Shown: positions 23,401-34,748 of the stretch, in pieces
Layout of the letters: every line of letters starts with the position of its first letter
How positions within the stretch are numbered: position 1 is the first letter of the stretch
Origin: Ascoidea asiatica JCM 7603
Lineage: Eukaryota; Fungi; Ascomycota
DNA: 64,000 nucleotides
Assembly: GCA_001600695.1 (NCBI GenBank)
Contig: BCKQ01000007.1
Location: forward strand, 378,713-442,712
Direction of reading: 5' to 3'
Notes under the pieces: model-generated
What the model was told of the DNA's origin: nothing
Seen by the model: the letters and a program-made list of their open reading frames with translations, nothing else
Databases searched by the model: none
Position numbers and translations under genes: made by a program

Positions 23401-24857
23401 TAGTTGCAAAACCTTCTTTATTACTTTTCCTTGATGAACCAACTTCTGGTTTAGATTCTCAATCTTCTTGGGCTATTGTTCAATTAATGAGAAAATTAGC
23501 TAATTCTGGTCAATCAATTCTTTGTACTATTCATCAACCTTCTGCAACTTTATTTGAACAATTTGATCGTTTATTATTATTAAGAAAAGGTGGTCAAACT
23601 GTTTATTTTGGTGATATTGGTAAGAATTCAAGTACTTTAATCAATTATTTTGTTGCTAATGGTGGTAGAGAATGTTTAAAGAGTGAAAATCCAGCTGAAT
23701 ATATTCTTGAAGTTATTGGTGCAGGTGCAACAGCTGATGCAACTGAAAATTGGAATGAAAAATGGCTTAACTCTAATGAATGTAAAAATACTGATATTGA
23801 AATTGAAAAAATTAATCAAGAACAATTAGCTAAACCTGTTACTGAATCGAACGCTGAATTACACAAAACTTTTGCTGCACCATATTCAACTCAATTGAAA
23901 TATGTTATTCGTCGTACTGCTACACAATTTTGGCGTGATCCAACTTATATTAGTTCTAAATTTGTTTTATTAATATTTGGTGGTTTATTTATTGGATGGA
24001 CTTTCTTTAATCTTAAAAACAGTCTTTCTGGTATGCAAAATGCTGTTTTTGCTGTTTTTATGTCTATTGCTATTTCTTCTCCATTAATTAATCAAATTCA
24101 AGAAAGAGCAATTGCTTCTAGAGATTTATTCGAAGTTAGAGAAAGTGCAAGTAACACTTTCCACTGGTCAACATTAATTATAGCTCAATACTTAATTGAA
24201 ATACCATATAGTCTTGTTGGTGGTGCTGTTTTTTACTTATGTTATTATTTCACTTTAAGAGCTGACACTTCTGCTCAATATGCTGGATTCTTTTATTTAA
24301 TTTATGGTGTCGTTTTCCAAATTTATTATGTTTCATATGGTTTATGGATTGTTTATGTTAGTCCTGATTTACCATCTGCTTCAATTATTACTAATTTATT
24401 ATTCTCTTTTATGTTAAGTTTCTGTGGTGTTTTACAAATGCCAAGTTTAATGCCTGGATTCTGGACTTTTATGTATAAAGTTTCTCCATATACTTATTAC
24501 GTTCAAGCTCTTGTTTCTACTGTTGTTCATAATGTTAAAGTTGAATGTAGAGAATCTGAATTAACTTATTTTAATCCTCCAAGTGGACAAACATGTGGTG
24601 ATTATACTGAAACATTCATTAGTACTGCTGGTGGTTATATTTCAAACCCAGAAGCAACCACAAATTGTGGTTATTGCTCTTATAAGACTGGTGATGATTT
24701 TGTATCTAATTTCAATATTAAATATAGTACAAGATGGAGAAATTTTGGTCTTTTCTGGGTTTATATTTGCTTTAACATATTTGCAATGTTATCTTGTTAT
24801 TGGGCTTTTAGAGTTAAAAAGTTTAAATTCAATTTATTCAAAAAGAAAAGTGATTAA
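20499..24857 (+). CDS. SNQ2: PDR-family full-size ABC transporter (Snq2-like)
   Basis: NBD1 GRPGSGCST, VSGGQRKRVSIAE, CWDNATRGLD; NBD2 GESGAGKTT, LNVEQRKKLSIGVEL; (NBD-TMD)2 layout. Confidence 0.9.
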   Translation: MEKDRNQSSDAESVENFYGENFQNNDHHQINDTNDLVRTITSNQNNNHEGDQILERLSSIARTLSNKLNQNDIKQVWDNTPLAKQLNELFSPDQGIRHTGVTFKNISTQGLNSDSGFAPTVLDLIKPNFNKILNFKSNNKKNSKDIIQNINGIVKAGEMLLVLGRPGSGCSTFLKTISGNLSQYLGTNGEIKYDGLSQNSMLKNFKSEIIYNPELDSHFPHLTVNQTLNFAIACKIPNKRVNNISKNDYIKTYNSILSTVFGLDHVLNTKVGNDYVRGVSGGQRKRVSIAEALGCRASIYCWDNATRGLDASTALEYAQAIRVSTNLLKKCALVTIYQAGENIYQTFDKVTILYEGHQVYFGNVENAVDYFINMGFEKPSRQSSAEFLTAVTDPKGRSPRPGFENKVPKNVIEFENYWLNSIEFKNLINEIDDYNNNIVSEDQTKKLFHDSISSEKSKGQRTNSQYTINIIEQFKLCTIRGFQRVIGDKAYTITQVVANVVQSLIIGSLFFNLGNSTSTAYSRGGVMFFSVLHFTFMGIAEVSNSFQNRPILLKHKGYTLYHPAAESIAAVLTDMPTKLLTIIAFSLVLYFLVNLNRHPGNFFFFILFLFINCSVTAGMFSSISAFSKTISTANSIAGICMLAIVIYTGYVIQRANMHWCFKWLSYINPVTYGFEALIANEFHGKQMKCDSIVPSGSAYDSISNIYKTCASTGAKVNQIIVSGDDYIKESYGYSYSHAWRNLGIAIGFWIFFILLAAFGIEILDEGKGGGEKLLFIKTKDSNIDIEKGSESDITNEKNDDTPIDGLQAKDIFSWKNVHYVIPTKDGKKIKLLDNVQGYVKPGTLTALMGESGAGKTTLLNVLSQRISFGVITGDMLVNGRHLDSSFQRSTGYVQQQDLHISELTVRESLQFAARLRRPASVPDEEKLDYVETVIDLLSMSSYANAVVGVSGVGLNVEQRKKLSIGVELVAKPSLLLFLDEPTSGLDSQSSWAIVQLMRKLANSGQSILCTIHQPSATLFEQFDRLLLLRKGGQTVYFGDIGKNSSTLINYFVANGGRECLKSENPAEYILEVIGAGATADATENWNEKWLNSNECKNTDIEIEKINQEQLAKPVTESNAELHKTFAAPYSTQLKYVIRRTATQFWRDPTYISSKFVLLIFGGLFIGWTFFNLKNSLSGMQNAVFAVFMSIAISSPLINQIQERAIASRDLFEVRESASNTFHWSTLIIAQYLIEIPYSLVGGAVFYLCYYFTLRADTSAQYAGFFYLIYGVVFQIYYVSYGLWIVYVSPDLPSASIITNLLFSFMLSFCGVLQMPSLMPGFWTFMYKVSPYTYYVQALVSTVVHNVKVECRESELTYFNPPSGQTCGDYTETFISTAGGYISNPEATTNCGYCSYKTGDDFVSNFNIKYSTRWRNFGLFWVYICFNIFAMLSCYWAFRVKKFKFNLFKKKSD

Positions 24858-25348
24858 CTGAAAGTTCTGTTTTAAAATTTTGTTAAATTATTTTTCTCTT
24901 TTTATATTCCATCCCATTCCCATTTGCATTAGAAATTATTATTTCAATTACTTTTTATTTTTTTTTTTTTTTATTCTCAACCTATTTTTTGGATCAACTA
25001 CATCGATCAAGCTATTCCCCTCTTTATATTTTTAGTCAACTACATTATCCCATCCTAAAATTTTTTATTCAGTTTTATTATTAGACTTAAATTTTTTTAT
25101 ATATTTACTTCATTTCAATATTCTTTTCCCAAACATCATTTAATATATCCTAAATTTTATCTCTTTTTTTTTCAAATAATTAATCAATAAACATTCTATT
25201 AAAGGTTCTAAATTTCGAAGAGAAAACTCACTTGTTGTTAACGATATAGTACTGTAAAATAATTTAAATCAAAAAGTTTTATAGAAAAAAGTTAAAGAGA
25301 TAAGAAAAAAAAAAAGTAATCAATGAATTGCTTTCATAATTTGAAAAA

Positions 25349-27106
25349 TCATTCATCAATGTTATAACCATATTTTTTGAGAAATTTTATCCTTAATTTT
25401 TCACCGAAAAAAACATTAAGATAAAGACAGATGAAACCAAACCATAAAACAAAAGCACTTATAGTACAAGACCAACCAATTCCAATATTTTTGATTGAAG
25501 TTAAAGTAGTTGCAGAACCAATACCACCAGCAATAAACCTAACACAATAATTACCTCCAACAGCATCACCACCTAATTGAGGCATTGAATCAACACAATA
25601 AGCATTAATTGAAGGAAAAATACAAGTTTGAGAAAATCCATTTAAGAACATCATTATGATTGGCAAAGCCATTCCACCTTTTTTAAAATGTAAAGACCAG
25701 CCATATATTAACATTGTAGCTGGATTTATAATCCCAAAGGGTATAAGAGTTGATCTTAATCTATCTTCAGGAATATTTTCACCTTTTCTTTTGATATAGG
25801 ATTTTAACATAAAATCTGCATATTTTCCACCAATAAAAGAACCAATAAAGTAGCCAAACCCTGGAGCTAAATAAAATAAAGCACCAAATATTGGAGAAGT
25901 TAAATTAAATCTTGGATCAACAACATATCTGATTGGAGTTAATAAATTATACATATTATAAGTTAATGAAGAAGATGCAATTCCTGCCAAAATCAAATTT
26001 GGATATTTTAAAGATAAACAAATTCTAAAAGGATTAAACCAAATCCAAATAAATTTTTTATCTGAGTTTGTATCTTTAATTAGTTTTTGCATTTTGGTTT
26101 GTTTTGAAGTTTCTTCTAAGAAAAAAAAACTCAATAAAAATACAAAAGCTCCTAAACCTGCTAATAAATAAAAAATAACTCTCCAAGAAGTATAATTCAC
26201 AATTATACCACCGATAACAGGACCAAGAGCAGGTCCAACTTGGGAACCTGATAAGGTCCAACCCATACCATTACCTCTTTGAGTTGGATCATAAACGTCA
26301 GCAATTATTTGAGCACCAACTGAGAAAAAAGCAGTACCAAAAATTGCAGTTGAAGCTCTGAATACATAAAACATTGCTAAATTTTGAGAAACTGCAACTA
26401 ATATTGAAGAAACTGAATAAAAAAAAATACAAATATTAAATACAGGTCTTCTACCATATAAATCACTTATTGGAGACCAAATGCATGGAGAAACAGCCAT
26501 CATAAAACAATAAACACCATTTGAAAGATTCATTATTGTTCCAGAAGTATTGAATCTTTCTGCAATTATTGAAATTGCAGGTAAAAAAGCTAGAGAAGAC
26601 ATTGGTGATAAAAATGCAGAAATTGCAGCAATGAATACAAATAAACTTTTTTTTTTATCTGAAAATCTATTCCAATTTTCTTCATTTGATAAAGTGTGAT
26701 CTGTAATAACTGAATCGAGATTTTGATTATTTGATATTGGTAAAGATTGAATTTTTGATATTGCATTATCAGTTAATTGATTATTAATTATTGGTATTTC
26801 TGGAGATGTTAGGATCGAAGTTACTCTTTCTAGATTATTTGACTTGTTTGATTTGTTTGATTTATAAGATCTATTTGACTTATGAGATCTATTTGTATAA
26901 GTTTGTTTAATTTGATAAGAATTTTCGTTAATGTTATCATTATGTAAAGAAATTGGAAATTCTTTATTACTTTTATTAATTTTTTCATTATTATCATATT
27001 TTTCACTATCCTCTTTATCACTAATATTATTATTGTCAACTGAATTATTTGAACTTATATCAGAATCATTTTGGTAGTTATTTTGATTTTTAATAATTTT
27101 TGACAT
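25349..27106 (-). CDS. MFS drug:H+ antiporter (DHA1; Qdr/Dtr1-like)
   Basis: WSPISDLYGRRP motif A, GPALGPVIGG motif C, WRVIFY, PEDRL; 12 TM. First ATG is at 27106 (the track starts at a TTG). Confidence 0.85.
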   Translation of the reverse strand: MSKIIKNQNNYQNDSDISSNNSVDNNNISDKEDSEKYDNNEKINKSNKEFPISLHNDNINENSYQIKQTYTNRSHKSNRSYKSNKSNKSNNLERVTSILTSPEIPIINNQLTDNAISKIQSLPISNNQNLDSVITDHTLSNEENWNRFSDKKKSLFVFIAAISAFLSPMSSLAFLPAISIIAERFNTSGTIMNLSNGVYCFMMAVSPCIWSPISDLYGRRPVFNICIFFYSVSSILVAVSQNLAMFYVFRASTAIFGTAFFSVGAQIIADVYDPTQRGNGMGWTLSGSQVGPALGPVIGGIIVNYTSWRVIFYLLAGLGAFVFLLSFFFLEETSKQTKMQKLIKDTNSDKKFIWIWFNPFRICLSLKYPNLILAGIASSSLTYNMYNLLTPIRYVVDPRFNLTSPIFGALFYLAPGFGYFIGSFIGGKYADFMLKSYIKRKGENIPEDRLRSTLIPFGIINPATMLIYGWSLHFKKGGMALPIIMMFLNGFSQTCIFPSINAYCVDSMPQLGGDAVGGNYCVRFIAGGIGSATTLTSIKNIGIGWSCTISAFVLWFGFICLYLNVFFGEKLRIKFLKKYGYNIDE

Positions 27107-28620
27107 TTTTGAAATGTAAATCAAAATATTTTGATTTTTATATTTAAAGTATTAAATATTTAAATGATTATAGTAACTATTTTCTTCAATTATAAATAAG
27201 ATTTGATTTGTTATATTTTACTTTGAGTATATTTACAATATATATCTGTATATATAAGTTAGTGAAAATACATAAATAATGAATAATAAAAATTTTTTTT
27301 TCTTCTATTTTTTTTTCTGATAAATGTTTATTGAAAGACTAGGACAAAAATAGCCAGTAGATTTATGAAAATTAGTCGAGTCACCGATAAAGTGAAAATT
27401 GAAGTAAATAAAGACTATTATTAAAATTTCGGAAGATAAGAAAACTTGAAGAAATAATAAAAATTTTTAATCTTCATTTTAATTATGGATATAATAAGGA
27501 TTTGATACGGATTTAATGCTCATTTCTTAGCTATATATATCTTTTGAATTACTCATGATTTATATTCATTTAATTTTTTTCAATTCATCTTTATTTTATT
27601 TCTATTATTGAATATTTTTCTTATATAATTTCTCATCAATTGTTTTTGAATGAGATGAATTGTTGTGAATTTTCAAGTAATAAAATCTAAATGGACCAAG
27701 ATTTCTATGCCAATAAAAGTATATTTTGGATATTTTCGGGAAAATGCCAAGGATTGTTAAGTACCCGCGACCGTTGAAACGATTTCCCAGAAAAAGGTCG
27801 AGTCCCAATTTATCTTAGTAAAATCGAGATTTGATTGAATCTTAATCAAATCTTAAATGAATCTTAATTGAACCTAAATTGAATTTGGCCTGTCTCGGAG
27901 AAGCATTCCCGCACCCGAAACAGGAGAAAAAGAAAATACAAAAGTGAAAAATAAGAAAAAAAGTCACGGGTCAAAATATAATATAATGTGACAGTTTGAT
28001 TACGTCATATATGACTAATTTTTTAAAAAATTTAATTGCATGTGCTATCACTCTCCAATGAATGGCAACCAAATCACATGTTGTGTTGGTCGGATTTCAC
28101 GCGCTTTTATGGGCGCCGCAAAAAATAAGATGCGCGGCGTGCTGGTTTGCGGCGTGTTTGCAGAAATCTTGGGCGTGTTTTTAAGCTCCGTGCTAACTTG
28201 ATTTAACATTACGAATACTCTAGTGCTTTTCGTAAAGAAGGTGGTTAGTGTGGCGGGTGAGTTTTTGCTACCCGGAGTTCATGAACTCTTCTTTCAGCAG
28301 CCAAACAAGCCAGAAGCCTATTATTTTCCTTCTAGCTGGGAAGTGTATAAACACACCTTTATGATTGGAACAAATTGGAATAGTTAATTGTTTGAGATCA
28401 TTACCAATTGCTAAAATTTACTTAGTAATCAGTGAATCTATTCTAATTTTAAAAATAGGCAAAACACGAAAAATATGATTCATTATGATTGAAAATAGGT
28501 GTTGAAAAGGTCTATTTTTGAATATTTTTTCAATTTAATCTTCACTCAGGGAAAACATAACCCAGCTTTAAAGGAATTGCTTTATGTTATTGATAACCTA
28601 ACAGTTTTCAAGTTTAATAA

Positions 28621-28653
28621 CATATCATATCATATCATACCATACCATACCAT
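28621..28653. repeat. (CATAT/CATAC)n pentanucleotide microsatellite
   Basis: catat x3 followed by catac x3 and a partial unit, read directly. Confidence 0.8.
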
Positions 28654-29929
28654 CCTAGAGCATACCTTACAATTATGTACTTGGCTCACCATAATTAGTC
28701 TGGCCAGCCGACAATTATGAGGATAACCTTCTTGCCAATGGAAAATATTTATTAAATTCAATCGAGTCTGCCTTAATAAAACGATTTAGATTAGTAAGTG
28801 TCGGCACTCTACCAGAGATTGGAAACCCTCACTGTGCTATACCTTCTTAAACGCGACATTCTCACCTGGGCTGGAGTGTCTTTATCGCCACACAGCACAC
28901 AGCACACCACAACAGCGCTGCAAGTAAAACACTGCAACACATTTTGTCTGGCTACGCGCGCTATAATAAATATCACCAGCCACATACTTACCATTATGTG
29001 ATGTTTATAATTATAAAACGCACACTATACCTATGCCACACACATAATACCTTTTAAATGCGCGCATTACCCATTAAATGATCGAGCGTTTGAAGTTGAA
29101 GCTGAACAACAGGCAAAACGTTAACGTTTGAGGTCCTACATATTCTTAAGATAATATTAATACGTAACGAATATTGAATATTGAATATTAAATATTGAAT
29201 ATATCAAATATATTGTTAAGTAATTATTATCAAATATATCTTTAAATATATTATCAAGCTTCAAATATTAAGAACTGTTTAGTGTCAACTATTATCAAAT
29301 ATATCATCATCTTCAAATAGTGTTGTATTTTCATCATCCAATTACTTAAATCAATTCAATCAAACATATTTGATCTCCTTCATTATTCCTAATCAACTTG
29401 TTAATAAACTTATTAATGTTCACCGTATTTTACAGCTAATCTAACAAGAATAACATTAAAAATAACAATAAGAATAACAATAAGAATAATAATTTTAATA
29501 ATTATATATGTTTAATATCTGTAGCTAAGCTCTTTACCATTTATATAACTAATCAGCCAATTAGTTAATTATTCAGTTCAAGTAATTTACTACGAATATA
29601 TCAAATATCTTCCAATCTCTCAATTTTCCATCTTTACGTCAAAAATTATTATTCATAAATAAGTTAATATTCAAACCCTTTTATTTTCTTCAATTTCTCT
29701 TCATATTTCTTATATCTTATTTAACTGTCATAGTTTTATTATTCATATTTCAAATCACATATTACATATTACACAATTCATACTCACTATTTCTTATCAC
29801 ATTCATTTATTTATTTTTATATTCATCTATCATTTAGCTAATTCTTTCATTACCAATATATCCTATCCTATATTTGCTATCATATCATCTAAATAAATAA
29901 TTCAATTATATTATCAATAATCTAATATA

Positions 29930-32900
29930 ATGTCTTTATCTGCCACCGCTTCAAATTTTGATACTTCTTTTTCAAACCCAGGGCCAGCTCCAAAACCTCC
30001 AACAAATCAAAATCAACAATCTCAATCTCAAAATATAAATCAAAATCAAATTAAAAATAATCCATACAATATCAATCCTTCAAGACCTGCTCCAAGACCT
30101 CCACTATTAAGAAATTTAAACTCTCAAGCTTCAATTCAATCTTTACCTCAATCTCAAAATCAATCAAAATTAAAACAAAAACAAAAGCCAAGTTTAAAAT
30201 CTCGTTTATCCTCTTTAAATACTAGTTTGACGAATAATAATAGTAATAATATTAACAATAGTAGTAATAATGCTAGTAATGGTAATAATAAAAGTCCCAG
30301 CAATATTGATCTGCCTTTTATAAATTCAAAAACTTTATCGATCTCAAACATGAATTTAGGTCCATTATCACCTTCATCTCAAACTTTTCTAATAACTCCA
30401 TTATCTTCTTCAATTATAAATCAAGGTTATATTTATTTAAAAGAGGATGGTATATTATTCTCAAAATGGTCAAAAAAATTCTTAATCTTAACTAAAAATG
30501 ACTTAATTTTTTATAAATTAGGTAAATCAAATTCAAATAATTCAAACAATAATTCAATAACTTTAAAAATTCAAAATATTTCAAATCCAAATATTAATAA
30601 TATTAATGATGGTAAAGCTGATGGTATAGATTATTTTAATAATGATTCTTTAATTACTTTAAAATTAAAAGTTTCTTTAATCAAAAAATTAATTAAAAAT
30701 AATTTAAAACCATTTTGTTTTGAATTAATTACTTCTCAATCTTTAAATAATAATAACAGTTCCAATAATAATAATAATAGTAATTCAAATACTAATTTCG
30801 AAAAATCCTTTTATATATCTTGTAAATCAGATAAAGAATTAAATTCATGGATTGAAAAAATAAATAATTCAACAAGACATTCAAATTCTTCAAATAGTAC
30901 AAGAGGCTCAAGTAATTCTTTATCTCAAAATTCTTCTTTTACAACTATTTCCTCGAATAATTCTTCTAGTGTTTCACGACCAACTAATTTTGCTCATAAA
31001 GTTCATGTAGGTTTCGATCCAAATTCAGGTAATTTGATAGGTTTACCTGATACTTGGAAAAAATTATTAAAAACTTCAAAAATAACAAATGAAGATATGG
31101 CAAAAGATCCAACCGCTGTTATTGAAGCTTTAGAATTTTATTCTGAAATAAATACAGATAAATCTTCTAATTCTCAAAATGATATTGCTTTAAAACCATT
31201 CAATTTAAAAAACAAAACTTCCACTTTAAATTTACAAGAAAATTCAAGTTCAAGTACAATTAACAATAACAATAATAGTAATAATAATAATAATAATATA
31301 AACGCAAATAATCAAGTTCCAAACTCTTTAAATTCTGGTAAAATACTTAATGCTAAATTGAATGAATGGAGTAAGCCTCCAACCTCTCAAAATCAAATTC
31401 AAAATCCAAAATTAGATAATTTTACACCTTCAAGAAGAGCTCCTGCTCCTCCAAAACTAAATAATGGACCTCTGAAAATACCACAACTGCAAAATCCTAA
31501 TTCAAATACACCTCCATACTTAAGATCCAAAAAATCTCAAAATAATTTAATGAATATTAAACCAAATACTTCATCTAATAATATTGATATAAATAATTTT
31601 ACAGAAGATGGGTTAATTCCAATGAGAAATGCGCCAGCACCCCCACAGCAACTGCCTATTAAAAATTATAAACAACAACCTAATGATAATGCCATACCAC
31701 CAAGGGCTGATTTAAAACAACAACAAAATTTGGGAGTATCAAATCATTTCCCAAAACAACCTTCAGGTTCAAGTATATCGCAACAAAAACCACAGTATAA
31801 ACAGCAACAACAGAACCAATACTCTCAAAATCAATATAATAATAATAGTATGAACCCATACAATAAACAAAAACAAGATGAATATAATTCACCCTCGAAT
31901 TTAGCTCCAACTAATCCATTAAAAATAAATTTCAAGGATAAGCAACAAACTCAAAATGTACAAGATACTTCAAATAAAATGGATCAATTACATTTACATA
32001 ATAATAATGCTAATAAAATTGAAGATCCTCAACCTCCAAAAGTTCAAGCACCTAAATTAAAACCATTACACACAGTAAATAAAAGTCAAGATCGTTTAAA
32101 TAACAATGAGGGTATGAATGTAAATAAACAGAATGGACAAGTTCCAGTGCAGAATCAGCTACAACCAAAACAATTTCAACAACAACAACAACAACAACAG
32201 CAGCAACAACAACAAATGAAAGGTCATCAACATCAGAATGCAACTAATCCTCCAGTTGTTCCAACCAAGGATAAACATCCTCTTAATAAAGTTCGAAAGC
32301 AAGATACTAAAAGAATGTCACAAATGGATAAAGAGGAAATTATGACTAAATTAAGATCAGTTGTTATTAATACAGATCCAAAACCATATTTCCGTATGAT
32401 TGAAAGAGTTGGACAAGGTGCATCAGGTAGTGTTTATCTTGCAACATCTTTGAAAAGAAAAGGTGCAAAAGTTGCAGTAAAACAAATGAATTTAATGGAA
32501 CAACCAAGATTAGAATTGATTGTTAATGAAATTTTAGTTATGAAAGATTCTCAGCATAAAAATATTGTCAATTTTCTTGAAGCATATCTTAGAGGTAAAT
32601 CTGAATTATGGATTGTTATGGAATATATGGAAGGTGGATCATTAACAGATGTTATTGAAAAAAATGAATTATTAAATGAGCAACAAATTGCAGCTATATG
32701 TCTAGAAACAACAAAAGGTTTACAACATTTACATCAAAGACATATTATTCATCGTGATATTAAATCAGATAATGTTTTATTAGATGCACGAGGTAATGTT
32801 AAAATTACTGATTTTGGATATTGTGCAAAATTAACTCAACAAAGAAATAAAAGAGCAACAATGGTTGGTACTCCATATTGGATGGCACCAGAAGTTGTTA

Positions 32901-33295
32901 AACAAAAGGAATATGATGAAAAAATTGATGTATGGTCATTAGGTATTATGACTATAGAAATGATTGAAGGTGAACCACCATATTTAAATGAAGAACCAAT
33001 TAGAGCATTATTTTTAATTGCTACAACAGGTACACCAAAATTAAAAAATCCAAAAGCATTAAGTGATGGAATTAAAAAATTTTTATCAATTTGTTTATGT
33101 GTTGATGTATCATTTAGAGCAAGTTGTGAAGAATTATTAAAACATGATTTTTTAAAATCAGCATGTCCAGTATCAGGACTTGCTCCATTATTAGAATTTA
33201 AAAGAGAAGAAAAAATTCAAAAACAACAGAGGATGATGGAAAAAGAAAATCAAAATCAACAATATCATAATCAACAACCAAATCAAAATTATTGA
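29930..33295 (+). CDS. CLA4: PAK kinase Cla4 (PH + CRIB + kinase)
   Basis: N-terminal PGPAP, PH domain (GYIYLKEDG..WSKKFLIL), CRIB VSRPTNFAHKVHVGFD, kinase GQGASGSVY/HRDIKSDN/TMVGTPYWMAPE. Confidence 0.95.
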   Translation: MSLSATASNFDTSFSNPGPAPKPPTNQNQQSQSQNINQNQIKNNPYNINPSRPAPRPPLLRNLNSQASIQSLPQSQNQSKLKQKQKPSLKSRLSSLNTSLTNNNSNNINNSSNNASNGNNKSPSNIDLPFINSKTLSISNMNLGPLSPSSQTFLITPLSSSIINQGYIYLKEDGILFSKWSKKFLILTKNDLIFYKLGKSNSNNSNNNSITLKIQNISNPNINNINDGKADGIDYFNNDSLITLKLKVSLIKKLIKNNLKPFCFELITSQSLNNNNSSNNNNNSNSNTNFEKSFYISCKSDKELNSWIEKINNSTRHSNSSNSTRGSSNSLSQNSSFTTISSNNSSSVSRPTNFAHKVHVGFDPNSGNLIGLPDTWKKLLKTSKITNEDMAKDPTAVIEALEFYSEINTDKSSNSQNDIALKPFNLKNKTSTLNLQENSSSSTINNNNNSNNNNNNINANNQVPNSLNSGKILNAKLNEWSKPPTSQNQIQNPKLDNFTPSRRAPAPPKLNNGPLKIPQLQNPNSNTPPYLRSKKSQNNLMNIKPNTSSNNIDINNFTEDGLIPMRNAPAPPQQLPIKNYKQQPNDNAIPPRADLKQQQNLGVSNHFPKQPSGSSISQQKPQYKQQQQNQYSQNQYNNNSMNPYNKQKQDEYNSPSNLAPTNPLKINFKDKQQTQNVQDTSNKMDQLHLHNNNANKIEDPQPPKVQAPKLKPLHTVNKSQDRLNNNEGMNVNKQNGQVPVQNQLQPKQFQQQQQQQQQQQQQMKGHQHQNATNPPVVPTKDKHPLNKVRKQDTKRMSQMDKEEIMTKLRSVVINTDPKPYFRMIERVGQGASGSVYLATSLKRKGAKVAVKQMNLMEQPRLELIVNEILVMKDSQHKNIVNFLEAYLRGKSELWIVMEYMEGGSLTDVIEKNELLNEQQIAAICLETTKGLQHLHQRHIIHRDIKSDNVLLDARGNVKITDFGYCAKLTQQRNKRATMVGTPYWMAPEVVKQKEYDEKIDVWSLGIMTIEMIEGEPPYLNEEPIRALFLIATTGTPKLKNPKALSDGIKKFLSICLCVDVSFRASCEELLKHDFLKSACPVSGLAPLLEFKREEKIQKQQRMMEKENQNQQYHNQQPNQNY

Positions 33296-33754
33296 GTAGA
33301 CAAATAACTAACTTCATTAATGATCGGAAAGAAAAAAAAGTTTGTAAAAAGAAATCACAAGGAACAGATCCAAAAAGTAGTGATAATATTATTATTTAAC
33401 ATGTTTACTTTTAATTTTTTTATCTTAAATTTTTTCAATTTTTTCAATTTTTCAAATCCTTTATTATTTTTCTTTAGGTTTGTTTCAGATTTTTATTTTT
33501 TATTTTTTATTTATTTACTTTTTTTTTTCTTTTGTTAGTTTTATTTATTTCCCTATTGTTAAATTTGTTTTTTTTTGTTAATAATTATTTATTTCATAAT
33601 TACACTAATATTATATATACATATGTATATTGAGTGTTTTTTTTTTTCTACTTTCAATTTATTTTTTTTAATCAATTTCAATTTCATTCATTTATTATAA
33701 TAATAATAATAATAATAATTAGAAACACTTCTCGGATTTTAGTATATGCACATA

Positions 33755-33814
33755 AAAACAAAAAAAATAAGAAAAAAAAAGAAAAAAGAAAAAAGAAAAG
33801 AAAAAAGAAAAAAG

Positions 33815-33847
<33 letters not shown>
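33755..33847. repeat. Polypurine (AAAAG/AAAAAG)n tract
   Basis: About 90 nt almost entirely A/G, downstream of CLA4. Confidence 0.7.
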
Positions 33848-34202
33848 ATTTATTTTGTTTTGTTTGTTTATTGGTAACTTATTATTGGTAATTTGCTTAT
33901 CTAAAATATGATTTAATGATTTATATATATATACAGTATATGAGATATGGAAATTTAATCAAATAGACTTTTTTAAATCCTGTTAAATTTTTATCAAATA
34001 ATTTTTTGTTTCTTAAACATTTCTTTTTAAATTAATAATTCTTTATAATTTCTCTTTCTCTCTTTCAAATTTATTAATTTTTATTGAATTTTTTTTTCTC
34101 TTCTTTTAATTTTTTGATATAATTTATATATAGTTATTGTGTTTTTATCATATTATACTGCTATTAGTGAATAATAAATTTTACTTTAATTTAAATTTAG
34201 TA

Positions 34203-34221
34203 ACTGAGACCACTTTTGTGG
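34203..34221 (+). repeat. Dispersed 19-bp element ACTGAGACCACTTTTGTGG, copy A
   Basis: Exact reverse-complement copy at 56636-56654. Confidence 0.8.
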
Positions 34222-34300
34222 ATGAATGAAAACACAGTTTTGGTTACTTTTTCAATTAAAAAGTAAAAAGCACAAAGAAAAAAGGAAAAAAAAAAAAAGT

Positions 34301-34371
34301 TGCGTAAGCCCGGAATTGAACCGGGGGCCCAACGATGGCAACGTTGAATTTTACCACTAAACCACTTACGC
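34301..34371 (-). tRNA. tRNA-Gly(GCC)
   Basis: Reverse complement GCGTAAGTGGTTTAGTGGTAAAATTCAACGTTGCCATCGTTGGGCCCCCGGTTCAATTCCGGGCTTACGCA: cloverleaf, A/B boxes, oligo-T terminator. Confidence 0.97.
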
Positions 34372-34676
34372 TTACATGACTCAAGGATGAGAACAAATTT
34401 TCACAACTTAAGGGAAGGTTTTTTGAAATAGATTTTTTTTTTTTTTATTTTGGAATTTTTTAGTGATAAAAGTAATTATTGTCTCATTAATGGATATAAA
34501 AGTCAATAAATTAATTGAATAAATAATAGAATTTCTGTTTCTTCGTAGCAAATTGGTTAAAAATAAAGAAAATGCGAGAAATATGTGATAAAAAATTGAA
34601 AAAAAAAGAACTAAAATATTCAAAAAATGATATCTAAACGAATACCAAAAAGCAAAGCGAGTAGCACAAAAAAGGA

Positions 34677-34748
34677 CTCCGCGACGGGGAATTGAACCCC
34701 GGTCTGCCACGCGACAAGCGGCAATTCTAGCCACTAAACTATCACGGA
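34677..34748 (-). tRNA. tRNA-Asp(GTC)
   Basis: Reverse complement TCCGTGATAGTTTAGTGGCTAGAATTGCCGCTTGTCGCGTGGCAGACCGGGGTTCAATTCCCCGTCGCGGAG; T6 terminator just downstream. Confidence 0.97.

Noticed and set aside
28060-28340. GC-rich stretch as possible SRP/RNase P/MRP RNA
   Set aside because: No diagnostic conserved motifs recognised; better explained as a promoter island. An Rfam cmscan would settle it.
33400-33847. Long T-rich/A-rich fold-back downstream of CLA4
   Set aside because: Complementarity comes only from low-complexity composition.
34301-34748. Dicistronic tRNA-Asp/tRNA-Gly transcript
   Set aside because: The genes are 305 bp apart and tRNA-Asp has its own T6 terminator.
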